Assembly: GCA_951406725.2 (NCBI GenBank)
Contig: OX597834.1
Span: forward strand, 21,266,001-21,330,000
Length of the DNA stretch: 64,000 nucleotides
Source: Octopus vulgaris
Lineage: Eukaryota
Reading direction: 5' to 3'
Of the stretch, positions 27,319 through 40,675 are shown piece by piece. The notes beneath the pieces were generated by a model. That model did not search any database. It was not told where the DNA came from and was given only the letters and a program-made list of their open reading frames with translations. Numbering within the stretch: the first letter of the stretch is position 1; each line of letters opens with the position of its first letter. The translations under genes were made by a program, and so were the position numbers.

Positions 27319-30107
27319 ATATATAAAAGATCCTAATACACACACACATAGCAAGATTCTTTCCAAACCAACAGCCATCATGACTAATTGTTATCATAGA
27401 AGACGTCAATGCCATTGTCCGCATCTTTAGAACTGGGTTTCTTATTAGGTATTAAATGCGTTTGCATGAGGCGGTAGGGAGGGTAATTTTCTTCTGTGAA
27501 TAGTGAAAATACACACACAGATACACACACACACACACTCACACAGGGTAGTGTGCAGATTATCGCATACAACCACATGCCAACTCACACATCAGAACAC
27601 ACACAAACGCAAAAACATTTATATATATGTACACAAACTACACACACGCGCACACACACACACACACACACACACATTATCACACACATCCACAAGTGCC
27701 ACCATACCCACATACACTCACACTAATACACACACAAACAAATACCCATACACGCACACATATACACACACACACTAATACCCACATGCACACACACACA
27801 CACACACAGACTAATACCCATCACACACTAATACCCACACACACACAGACACATACACAGGCACACACACACTAATACCCTCACACACACTAGTATTCAT
27901 ACACACACACAGACTAATACCCACATACACACACACACACACAGACTAATACCCCCACACACTAATACCCACACACACAGACACATACACACACACACAC
28001 TAATACTCTCACACATACACACACACTAGTATTCATACACACACACTAATACCCACACACAGACTAATACCCACATACACACACACACCTGCTGTGCTAA
28101 TCCCTGTAACAGGGAGGACTCCAACTGAAATACTGCAGTCCCATCGATAAGCAGACGGCTCCGTTTTTCCGACAGAGATCTGGAGAACTTTTAAGAGTTT
28201 TATAGGACTGGAATGGCGTGGAGGGAGAGGATTAACACGCTATAGGTAGCAAAGGAAAGGAAGAGGGAGATTGATGGGTATTTTGGCAGTGTGCAGTCAA
28301 GCATGCAGGCTTGCACATATGTGCAAGCACATGCAAACACACAGACAGACACACACACGCACAGATTTTAATAAATATATTGATAGACACATTAACAACT
28401 AGAAGCACAAACACACACACACACACACATACACAAACTTTACCATTAATACACACATAGATGCATACATGCACATATGCACACAATCTCACAGAAACAC
28501 CCATAAACAGTTTCATAGACACAAGCATGCATACAAAGCCGCACATACATACACACACACACACTCATAGGTTCATAGACAAATGCACTAATACTCACAT
28601 ATACACATACATACACCCAGATTCACGCACTTATATGCAATACACATATATTCATGCATGTACATACATAGATACATAGACCCATACACACCCGTAAAGG
28701 AAAATACTCTCTCACACACAAACATAAAGTATACACATACACAAATGCATGCACGCACACATACATACACACTAAAACATACAATACACACATAATAATA
28801 ATAATAATGAAATTATTGCATACAGTGCTCACAAACAGAAAGCACATGCAAACACTTTCACATATGCACACATACACACACACACACACACGCACACATG
28901 AATACACTTGCACACATACATACACACACATACACTTATGATCACAAACATTCAAGTAGACATAGACACACATACACACACACACACTCACACATACATA
29001 TACGCTGTTGTCATATTCCTTCCATATTCCTGCACCAAAGTTACAGCAATGTTAAGAACCATCTTGGAGGTAGCGTTACCAAAAAATAGTGACTCACCTC
29101 TAAAGTTTCCTGAATGCATCTTTATATCGGATTATTGTTGTTGTTGTTGCTGGTGCTGTCTGCTACATTACATCTGTATGCATATATTTACATACATATA
29201 TATATATATATATACATACATGTTGTATTATATTTGATATACTTTTGGTAATCATAAATTCCATATCTGCAATCTACTGAAAATGGTAAATTCTCTGACA
29301 TTTTCAGGTACCGTTTCCTTTATGAATATGATATAACATAATATATATATATATATATACATGTGTGTATTGATGTGTGTGTGTGTGCGTATTAATGTAT
29401 AAGATATTTATACATCATTAAATTAAATAATATATATATATATATGTACACATGGGTGCATACATATATGTACCTGTGCATTTAGATGTGTGCATACACA
29501 CACACACACACACACACATACACAGAGAGAGGGAGGGGAAATGTTTTCAGTATATTTTGATGTTTAACTATACACACAACATATAATGCTGTATTCCTTA
29601 TTTTTTCTCATTTAAATACGTTCCAAATTTATATTAATGCCCCCGCCATTTTCTTTATCGTCTTCTTCCCTTAACTGTTTATTTTCATTATTTTTATAGC
29701 AATTATTAATACTGTTAGAAGCACAAGACATATTTATAAACTCCTACAAACCTAGTCCTGTCGCTGCCATCAGTGAGTTTTTGGGTTATGTGGAGGGCTT
29801 GAAATACTGAGAAACTTGATGAGTAAAGCCTGTAGGTGTAGGCGAGGCTGTGTGGTAGGAAGCTTGCTTCCCAACCACATGATTCCAGGTTCAGTCTCAC
29901 CGCATGGCACCTCAGGCTAGTATCTTCTACAATAGCCTCGGGTTGACCAAAGACTTGTGCTGAATATGCTCCTTTGTCACTCCCATTATAGCTTTGAAAA
30001 AATAATTGTAAGCATTGAACGGCACTCTTCAAAACTTGCACTAAGAATAAGGGCAAGGTTAAAACTACTACCGGCTTTTATAGCAAGTTGATGCAGGTAG
30101 TTTAACC

Positions 30108-30304
30108 CAGTGGTTTTCAACCAGGGTTCCGTGGAACCTTAGGGTTCCGCAAGAAGTTACAAAACTGCTAAAATCGGCGGTAATTTTTAATTCTCCTGTG
30201 CAGATATGTGAGCATAAGACTATTAAATTATTGCACAGGGATTCCTCGAGCCAGTAGAATGTTTCCTTGAGGTTCCGCTCCAGCAAAACGTTTGAAAAGC
30301 ACCG
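30108..30304. mobile_element. hAT (Charlie-type) MITE
   Basis: TIRs CAGTGGTTTTCAA / TTGAAAAGCACCG; perfect 8-bp TSD GTTTAACC at 30100-30107 and 30305-30312. Confidence 0.85.
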
Positions 30305-30599
30305 GTTTAACCCATCCAACTTTTAGTTCATGCAACTGAAAAAACTGCATTATTTATGGGATGACCCAATATTTCAACAGAAATATGCAAACAAAAGGGT
30401 TAATTAAGAATCGTTAAGTGGATCCTTCTCTGTCTTTTACAGAATGGCAAACATTTGAATCCGATTTTCTGGCTCCTTACCTACCAACTTAGAAGCTTCT
30501 TAAACCTTTTGATACTGACTTACCATAGTTCATCCCTGGTTCTAATACACAACCTTCCATCAGAATTTCCTTTTAATTTACTCGCACTCACACACACAC

Positions 30600-30858
30600 A
30601 CATACATTCCCACATGCAAATGTAGTCTCACACCCATTCCCACATGCACACATAATCATACACACGCACATTCCTACATTTACTCGCAGTTACACACACA
30701 TTCCCACATGCACATGTAGTCTCACACCCATTCCCACATGCACGCATAATCATACACACGCACATTCCTACATTTACTCGCAGTTACACACACATTCCCA
30801 CATGCACATGTAGTCTCACACCCATTCCTACATGCACATGTAATCACACATACACACA
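30600..30858. repeat. 94-bp CA-rich minisatellite, ~2.7 copies
   Basis: tgtagtctcacaccc at 30621, 30715 and 30809. Confidence 0.85.
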
Positions 30859-31903
30859 ACGCAAGTTTTGTTTTCTAAAGATAATATGATATTCCTGGAT
30901 TATTTCTGCTACATGATCAGACCTGTGTATATGTGTGTGAGTGTATGTGCATGCATTCATATGTGCATGCATGTGCATACGTGCAATAGTGGTGTGTGTG
31001 TGCTTATTATGATCTTTATGAATCCAGAGTAAACTAAATAAGACTTGAAACTATCTTGAAACTAATAAACCTTGAATATAACATCAAGGCAAGCCATCTA
31101 CTGCATTAGATGCTTATTTATCTGAGCAAATTAAGTAAATATAGATATATGGTCTGTCTGTATGTGTGTGTACTTATATGTCTTTAATGGTTGAACTCAA
31201 AGCAGAAAAGCTATAAACAAGAGCTCATGAATACTGGGTTAAAAAACAAAAGGAAAAGCCTTTGGATCGAAAAAGTCAAAGGCTGGTTGTAGGGCATCAC
31301 CAGTGTGTGTGTGTGTGTGTGTGTGTATGTATTTATGTATATATACTCTTTTACTCTTTTACTTGTTTCAGTCATTTGACACACATTTAGTCATTTGACA
31401 CACATTTAGTCATTTGACACACATTTAGTCGAGCAAATCGACCCCGGGACTTATTCTTTGTAAGCCCAGTACTTATTCTATCAGTCTCTTTTACCGAACC
31501 GCTAAGTGACGGGGACGTAAACACACCAGCATCGGTTGTCAAGCAATGCTAGGGGGACAAACACAGACACACACACACATACACACACATATAGGACCAG
31601 CCCAGGGGATGCTGCCATCTGGGTAAACTGAACTTCAGCATGTACAAGCTGACGGTTGTGGAAATTTCTTTGTCTTTGTCATGTCTTCCTTGGCACCCCC
31701 TAGCACATGGTACCCCAGATGACTACCCGAGTTTCCCAAGGTGCTATTTAATGACACTGAACCCAGAAACATGTGGTTCGGAAGCACACTTCTTACCATG
31801 CAGCCACCTCTGTGACTATGTATATATGCATAGCTGCAGCCTCAAAGCTGACACATATAAAAGAAAGAATATACATACCTATATACAATATATAGCATAC
31901 TCT

Positions 31904-31934
<31 letters not shown>

Positions 31935-32130
31935 GCTAGGGCTCCATTTGTATGTACGTATTTATGTGTGTGTGTATGTATATATAATATATACACACAC
32001 ATATATATATATATATATACATACATACATATATGAATATATATATATACATATATATATGTATGTATATATATATATGTATATATATATGTGTGTGTGT
32101 GTGTGTATATGAATATATATATCTATACAT

Positions 32131-32220
<90 letters not shown>

Positions 32221-32268
32221 TAGACTACTGATTTTCATTGCAGACAGTACTTTATGCATGAAACCCTT

Positions 32269-32309
<41 letters not shown>

Positions 32310-33094
32310 ATGCACACATGTGCATGTGTGAATGTATGCAGGAAGCTTGATAAAGTTGTTTGCTTACTGCATTATGACTATTTAGAAACCATTTATTAGT
32401 ATCAGGTACCAATAATACAATTTTTTTTTTCACGCACACACACCCCACTCCACCACCTCCCACTCCCAACCACCCCCAGCCCTTTCAACACATCCCCCCC
32501 ACCACCACCACCAAACACCACCGTCGTCTCCACTGCCCTCTTCCCCCCATCTCTCTACATAATCAAAACACATGCTTCCTTAATACTTTGTTCATATCGA
32601 TTCGAAATGATGGCGGCGGTGGTGATGGCAGCGACGGTGTGGCGGTTCTCCCCACCCCCGGCCACGTCGTGGTGGTGGTGGTGGTGGTAGTGGTGGTGGT
32701 GGGGTTGTCATGTCAGTCGGTCACGTGGAAAGTTTACTGTGACAGCGCAGTAACGTTGACCTTCTTCTTAAACTATCGATCGGATTGCCTTTTTTTTCGC
32801 AGCCGAAGAACGACAACGTCTTCCTCTCTGCCTTCTTTGCATCTTTCTTTCCTTCTTTCTTTCTTTTTTTCTTTCCTTTCTCTCTTTTATTGCATTTCGC
32901 CGTTTACATTTATCGATTGCCATGAAAGCGTGCATCTTGCTGTGCACTCTTAGAAATAAATAAAATAAAATAAAATAGAATAACATAGAAAATAAAATAA
33001 AAAAAGAACATAAATAAAAGACTGCACATGTTCCCAAACACTTTATGCTTTACTTTATTTACATATTTACTATTATTATTATTATTATTATTAT

Positions 33095-33430
33095 TAAATT
33101 CTACTGTGGTTGACTTTGCCTTTCATCTTTTTGGGGTCGATAATATGTGTACCAGTTGCGTACTGGAGTCAATGAAATTGATTAGACCCCTCTCCATAAT
33201 TACTTCCTTTATGCCAAAATTAGAAATTATTATTATTATTATTATCATTATTATTAAATTCCACTGTGGTTGACTTTGCCTTTCATCTTTTTGGGGGTCG
33301 ATAATATGTGTACCAGTTGCGTACTGGAGTCAATGAAATTGATTAGACCCCTCTCCATAATTACTTCCTTTATGCCAAAATTAGAAATTATTATTATTAT
33401 TATTATGATTATTATTATTATTATTATTGT
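33095..33430 (+). repeat. Tandem duplication (period 160 bp) of a SINE B 3' half plus (ATT)n
   Basis: Near-identical copies (ctgtggttgac at 33104 and 33264) sharing private variants. Confidence 0.9.
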
Positions 33431-33669
33431 TGTTGTTATTCTTAAGGTGGCAAGCTGGCAGAAATGTTAGCATGCCGGGCAAAATGCTTAGTGGTATTTC
33501 GTCTGTCTTTATGTCCTGAGTTCAAATTCCGTCGAGGTCAACTTTACCTTTCCTCCTTTTGGGGTTGATAAAATAAGTACCAGTTGGGCAAGTGTCTTTT
33601 ACTATAGCCTCAGGCTAACCAAAGCTTTGTGAGTGGATTTGGTAGACGGAAACTGAAAGAAGCCCATCG

Positions 33670-33705
<36 letters not shown>

Positions 33706-33881
33706 TATACATATGTATATGTTCATGTGTCTGTATTAGTCCCCATCACCATCGCTTGACAACTGATGTTGGTGTGTTTACGTCCCCTAATAAGTACTAG
33801 GCTTACAAAGAATAAGTCCTGGGGTCAATTTGCTACAGCATGGCCACAGTCAAATGACTGAAACAAATAAAAAGATAAAAG

Positions 33882-33928
<47 letters not shown>

Positions 33929-34131
33929 TTAGGATGTTCTGAAAAGTTCCTGGCTTTGAGTAAAAGAAAATACAAGAGGGTCATTCAACATATTCCCCTC
34001 ACAGATTCACACACTTATCACAGTGGTCCTTCAGTTTCTTCTAAGCCCTATAAAAGAACCCAGGATGTTGGGCCCCCAACTAGGCCTTTCGTGATACCCT
34101 TGAATCCAGGAATTTCTCGGCACTCCCTCGT
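33929..34131. mobile_element. mariner-type MITE
   Basis: Termini aggatgttctgaaaagttcctgg / ccaggaatttctcggcactccctcg-ta are imperfect inverted repeats. Confidence 0.7.
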
Positions 34132-36052
34132 ATGCACACATACCACAACACGCTTTGTTCAGTTTCTGTCAACCAAATCCACTCTCAGGGCTATAATAGA
34201 AGACAGACAGTGGGACTGAACCCAATCTGACATGGTTAGCAAGCAGGCTTCTTAACTACATGACCATAACAACACCAATCTTTATCTGTTTATTTATAAA
34301 TACCAATTGGCTATAACTGATGCATGGTAGATATTCTCCAGCTATTTAATGTCTAAAACAGGTGGCGCCCGTTTGCTAGAAGCCCCTGTAGTTGATATCT
34401 TAAACAGACAGGAACTGAAGGAAGCAGAAGTCCCTTTCCAATTTTCCAGTGTCTCGATTCTACCATGAAAGATCTGAGCTGACGAAAGAAGCTTGTATGT
34501 GGTCTTGCAACTTTCTAGTTATGGCTGTCAAATTTCTTTCAAATACACCCTGTCTTTTCAGAAAAGAAGATACTTTAGATAATGTGGTATGGAGTAGAAT
34601 ATTTCTGGCTAAAGAGGGCATGGTCATAGCTGGATTGCCTTTGATTATAGCCATAGGTTTGCTCGGAGTGATCAGAGCTGACCTTGGGTCAAATATCAAC
34701 AACAGCTACAAATAAAATTGATATGAGTTGTGGAAGAAGACTCTATGTGATCACTCAGATTGCTAGAAATAGTGATTAAGCTTCTTTTTAATCATAGGAT
34801 ACCACCTATGGGATAAAACTTAATGAAAAGACAGCATAGTTTGTCATGTGGAGAAGGAAAGAAATGTTAATGTTTTGGACGTAGGCTCTTTGTCAATGTA
34901 GAGAGGAGAGGTAGTAAAAAGGTAGAAAATTATGTGTTGTTATGAAAGTGTTATGGTTATGATGGGTGAAGGAAATGGGTAGGTGAGTATATGGCTTTAA
35001 AGTAGAGGAGAGAAATGAATTGTGGGTAGAAATGTTATTCAGGTACGAAAGTAAGTGTAAGCAGTTGCAAAGTTAGTGTCTATGTTGGTCAACCTGAGTA
35101 GGCTTTATAGTTTGTATGGAAGTGTAAACGGTTGGTCAAGAGAGGTGTGTGTGAGAGAGAGAGAGAGAGACCTTATGCATGAAAGGAAGGAATGATATGG
35201 AAGAATATCAGTCTGAAGGGAGAGAGTGAGCTTAGAAGAAGAAAAATAGCTGCGTTTGTGAAGAAGTTTGATGAAAGAAGAACTATGAGGCTTGAACAAA
35301 CTACAGAGAGAAAACCTGCCAGTGGTTGTAGAAGTGACTCATGGAGTTGAAATGAGCGTGCAAAAGGTTCACGAGGCCCAGGTTGAGATTAGTGCGACAT
35401 ACAACAAACAAGCGCTCACTGAGTTGACCTTTAAAATGACATCTTGTTTCAACTCTTTCCAAAGTATCGTAAAGATGGTATTTTATGTTCTAGAATTACT
35501 AGAGGCATAAGTGAAACGGTCAGTGATATCTGTAAGAGCGATTTAAGATCAATCACAGATACGATGTTGCAAATAAAATGACAAATGTTACAAGGACACT
35601 GGTAGCAGCTGGACACAGGTCTCTCTCTCTCTCTTTCTTTTCTGCTCGCTTTTCTTTTCTTTTCTTTCATTTTATTTTTTACTTTTTATTTTTTTTTTAC
35701 TAAATTGCAAAAATATATTGATTTTTTTTTTGTTTGATGATTAAATTAAACTGAAATGGTTTGGATGGCTTCTGAAAGAAATTTCAGAATTCAATATATG
35801 TCGTCTTTGCCTTTCATTCTTTCAGGGGTCAATTAAATAAGTACCAGTTACGCACTGTGGGTCAATGTAATTGACTGAATCCCCTAACCCATGCTTCCCT
35901 CGTGGCAAAAATTTGAAATCATCATCATCATCATTATTATTATTATTGTTGTTGTTGTTGTTAGTGGCATTTCTTCTGCTTCTTCCCGTTTTACATTCAA
36001 ATGCCGCCGAGGTCAACTTCCCTTCCATACTTCCAGGGTCAATAAAATAAGT

Positions 36053-36468
36053 ACCTATTTCTTTACTACCCACAAGGGGCTGAACACGGAGGGGACAAAC
36101 CAGGAGAAACAAACTGATTAAGTCGATTACATCGACCCCAGTACGTAACTGGTACTTAATTTATTGACCCCCGAAAGGATGAAAGGCAAAGTCGACCTCG
36201 GCGAAATTTGAACCCAGAACGTAACAGCAGACGAAATACCTATTTCTTTATTACCTACAAGGGGCTAAACACAGAGGGGACAAACCACGACAGACAAACG
36301 GATTAAGTCGATTACATCGACCCCAGTACGTAACTGGTACTTAATTTATCGACCCCAAAAGGATGAAAGGCAAAGTCGACCTCGGCGGAATTTGAACTCA
36401 GAACGTAACGGCAGACGAAATACTGCTAAGCATTTCACCCAGCGTACAAACGCTTCTGCCAGCTCGCC
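36053..36468 (-). mobile_element. SINE family B with tandemly duplicated body (~186 bp), nested in an oppositely oriented older B copy
   Basis: cctatttcttta...gacgaaatac occurs twice, with the head at 36468. Plus-strand B sequence flanks it at 35960-36053 and 36470-36545. Confidence 0.8.
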
Positions 36469-37580
36469 AACAACTGAGGTCGATGTAACTGACTTTCCCC
36501 CTCCCCTCAAAAACTGCTGGTTCTCCGCCAGAATTTGAAAACATTATTACTTTTATTATTATTGTTGTTGTTCTTATTTTTATTTTGGTAAGAGGAAGTG
36601 TTTTATGAATGATTCGTATCTTTATTATGTTTCATAGATAATAAAAAAAAAAATTCCAGCAAGAAATACATAGAGTATTATTTTTATTATTTGTAATACC
36701 AAACTATGTTACTGTTGATTGATTCAGACACATACAACGCACACACACACACACACATATATACACGCAAACACATAGACATGCAAATATACACAAAGGC
36801 TCACACAAATACGTACATGCACACACATATATAGATATACATATATACATACATATTTGCATTTATAGGCATATATACACACACACATATATATATACAT
36901 GTATACACATACACGCATATAAATATACAATACATATATATACATATATACACATGTATAGACACATATATAAAAACACAAAGACACACACACATACATG
37001 CGCAAATACATACACACACACAGACATATACATATATATATATATATATATATGTATACACATACATATATACATACATATTTGCATATATACACATATA
37101 TACATACACAGACATACATGCACATAAATATAAAATACACATATATTTAAATATACATATATATATACACACACAAATACACAGATACATATATATACAC
37201 ATATAGATATATGTTTGCATATATACACATATATACACACATATATGTGCACATATATACACATACATACACACACAAATGCACACGCATACTCACACAC
37301 ATATATATACACATACATATATACATACATATATACATACATATATACATATATACACACATATATACATATATACACATAACATACAGGCACATAAATA
37401 TACAATACACACTCACACACACACACACATATATACATATATATACACATATATAAAAACACACACACACACACACATATATATACACATATATATAAAA
37501 ACACACACACACACACATACGTGATTCTAAGAATGTGCAATTTGATTTTCGCAAATAAACTTCTTTCAATTGCTATTCAA

Positions 37581-37694
37581 TTCTTTCCTTTTTCTCTCTT
37601 TTACAGGTAAGTGCTTCCTTTCTCAGCCAGTCTTTGACAACAACAACAGCACCAAAACCATATTCACTACATTTATGTGTTTCACTATGTAAGT
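37581..37694 (+). promoter_or_regulatory. Candidate recursive splice site (3'ss fused to 5'ss) with downstream RS-exon donor
   Basis: 22 consecutive pyrimidines (37581-37602), then ACAG|GTAAGT (junction 37606/37607). No AG between 37532 and 37604. Second GTAAGT at 37689-37694. Confidence 0.55.
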
Positions 37695-38282
37695 CTAGAA
37701 CATATTTTTATTATTCCTCGGCTGATCGATGGCACATATTAATGCTGCAAAATACCTTTTTCTCAATAGTCAAGTTAGTACAAGACTGAACACTCTCGGC
37801 TAAACAGACAGCTTTCCAAGACAACCCTTTTGCTGCCAAAATGTCTAAGAATATATCTGGTTCTCTGATAAAGTTTTCTAAAAACTTACTCTTTTTCTTT
37901 GTTTTGTTCTCTTTTTTTCTTTTGATAATTGCTTGGTGACCTCACTGGTGCCAGAGAGGCATAAAAAGCACCCTGGCACACTCTGTTCTATGAAGTGGTT
38001 GGCATTAGGAAGGGTGGCCAGCTGTAGAACCAAGCTTGGTGCAGTCCTCTGGCTTGCTGTGGTTCCTGTTAAAACTATACAACCCATACTATCTTGGAGA
38101 GTAGACATTAAGTTATGATGACGATGATGATGATAACAATCATTATGATGATGATGATGATGTTGAAGGTGGTTGATTTCAATGACGATGATGATGATGA
38201 TGATGACGATGAGGACAATGACAATGAAGATGATGATGATGATGATGATGATGATTATGATGATGATGATGACAATGATAAC

Positions 38283-38320
<38 letters not shown>

Positions 38321-38878
38321 CGACATTGATAATGATGATGATGATGAATTTCAGTGTATGGAGAAGGATGCAGTGTTCATAAGTTTTGTAAGCTTGTTGA
38401 GACTGGGTGCAATTGGTGGTGTTTACAAAATAAAGAAGTCCTGGGGTTGATTCATTCAACTAAAAATTCTTCCAGGCAATGCCCCAGTATGGCCACAGTC
38501 AAATGATTAAAACAAATAGCGGATAAAACATACAGTTGTGTAGCCAGAGTGAATGTAGGGTGGGGTGCATAGGAGAATGCTGTCCTTCTTGGGTAATGCT
38601 TTTATGAGAGAAGCCCTTCTGGGTTTGCCATATAAGCATGATATAGGGGACACACACCATTGCTGTGGACATGGCCACCATGGAGTCTAAACAATTAAAT
38701 TACCTGCCCTCTTTCAGAAAAGAAATCAATCTCTGCACACAGCGCATTTTTCAAAGAGTGCCCAGCCATGGCTCTCCTGTTAATTTATTATTACTTTTTA
38801 CCTGGTCACAATACATCTTGGACTATAGTGTCAAGTGTGTTTGATTTTTTCGTTTTTTTTTATATTTGGACAAACAAT

Positions 38879-39156
38879 GGTGCAGGAGTGGCTGTGTGGT
38901 AAGTAGTTTGCTAACCAGCCACATGGTTCTGGGTTCAGTCCCACTACGTGGCATCTTGGGCAAGTGTCCTCTGCTATAGCCCCAGGCCGACCAAAGCCTT
39001 GTGAGTGGATTTGGTAAACGGAAACTGAAAGAAGCCCATCAAAAGAGACCGATAGAATAAGTACTGGGCTTACAAAGAATAAGTCCCGGGGTCGATTTGC
39101 TCGACTAAAGGCGGTGCTCCAGTATGGCCGCAGTCAAATGACTGAAACAAGTAAAA
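38879..39156 (+). mobile_element. SINE family A with central deletion
   Basis: Head and tail intact, but gaagcccatc joins directly to aaaagagaccgatag. Confidence 0.85.
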
Positions 39157-39221
39157 AATGGTTATGCACACTTAAAGTGAGAGTTATGGTTGCTATTTCA
39201 TGTTACTGTGAAGTCCTCATT

Positions 39222-40675
39222 GAGCAAACTCTAGCCCTGTAATCAAAGGCATTCCAGCCATGACTCTCCTGTGTGTTTTGTAGTCACAGTGTACCTTGGA
39301 CTACAATGTCAAATGTGTTCTTTCTTTAAAAAAAGATAGTTGTATGCAAACCCTATCCCTGTAATCAAAGGCACTCCAACTATGACTCTCCTGTGTGTTT
39401 TGTAGTCACAGTGTACCTTGGACTACGGTGTCAAATGTGTTCTTTCTTTAAAAAAAGATAGTTGTATGCAAACCCTAACCCTGTAATCAAAGGCATTCCA
39501 GCCATGACTCTCCTGTGTGTTTTGTAGTCACGGTGTACCTTGGACTACAGTGTCAAATGTGTTCTTTCTTTAAAAAAAGATAGTCGTATGCAAACGCTAA
39601 CCCTGTAATCAAAGGCATTCCAGCCATGACTCTCCTGTGTGTTTTATAGTCACAGTGTACCTTGGACTACAGTGTCAAATGTGTTCTTTCTTTAAAAAAA
39701 GATAGTTGTATGCAAAACCTAACCCTGTAATCAAAGGCACTCCAGCCATGACTCTCCTGTGTGTTTTGTAGTCACTGTGTACCTTGGACTACAGTGTCAA
39801 ATGTGTTCTTTCTTTAAAAAAGATAGTTGTATGTAAACGCTAACCCTGTAATCAAAGGCACTCCAGCCATGACTCTCCTGTGTGTTTTGTAGTCACAGTG
39901 TACCTTGGCCTACAGTATCAAATGTGTTCTTTCTTTAAAAAAGATAGTTGTATGCAAAACCTAACCCTGTAATCAAAGGCACTCCAGCCATGACTCTCCT
40001 GTGTGTTTTGTAGTCACTGTGTACCTTGGACTACAGTGTCAAATGTGTTCTTTCTTTAAAAAAAGATAGTTGTATGTAAACGCTAACCCTGTAATCAAAG
40101 GCATTCCAGCCATGACTCTCCTGTGTGTTTTGTAGTCACAGTGTACCTTGGACTACAGTGTCAAATGTGTTCTTTCTTTAAAAAAAGATAATTGTATGCA
40201 AAATCTAACCCTGTAATCAAAGGCACTCCAGCCATGACTCTCCTGTGTGTTTTGTAGTCACTGTGTACCTTGGACTACAGTGTCAAATGTGTTCTTTCTT
40301 TAAAAAAAGATAGTTGTATGCAAACGCTAACCCTGTAATCAAAGGCACTCCAGCCATGACTCTCCTGTGTGTTTTGTAGTCACAGTGTACCTTGGACTAC
40401 AGTGTCAAATGTGTTCTTTCTTTAAAAAAAAGATAGTTGTATGCAAACGCTAACCCTGTAATCAAAGGCATTCCAGCCATGACTCCCCTGTGTGTTTTGT
40501 AGTCACAGTGTACCTTGGACTACGGTATCAAATGTGTTCTTTCTTTAAAAAAAGATAGTTGTATGCAAACCCTAACCCTGTAATCAAAGGCATTCCAGCC
40601 ATGACTCCCCTGTGTGTTTTGTAGTCACAGTGTACCTTGGACTACTTTATCAAATGTGCTCTTTCTGTGAAAAAA
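39222..40675. repeat. Tandem satellite, 12 copies of a 121-123 bp unit
   Basis: aatcaaaggc at 39241, 39363, 39485, 39607, 39729, 39850, 39971, 40093, 40215, 40337, 40460 and 40582. Confidence 0.97.

Noticed and set aside
29092-29115. Minus-strand 12-nt microexon (cag|GAAACTTTAGAG|gtgagt)
   Set aside because: Good donor but no upstream pyrimidine tract.
29290-29315. Other CAG|GT juxtapositions (ttttcag|gtaccg here; ttctccag|gtaccg at ~59354)
   Set aside because: Donor GTACCG is weak and the pyrimidine tracts are short; far less convincing than 37607.
35200-35510. Purine-rich stretch with a 72-aa ORF
   Set aside because: No recognisable motif or splice boundaries; probably a decayed repeat.
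36724-37569. Overlapping YI/CV/HT-rich ORFs (also around 11-14 kb, 44-50 kb, 58-59 kb)
   Set aside because: Dinucleotide microsatellites that lack stop codons.
39222-40675. CRISPR-like regular array
   Set aside because: Units are similar over their whole length with no unique spacers, there are no cas genes, and the context is eukaryotic.
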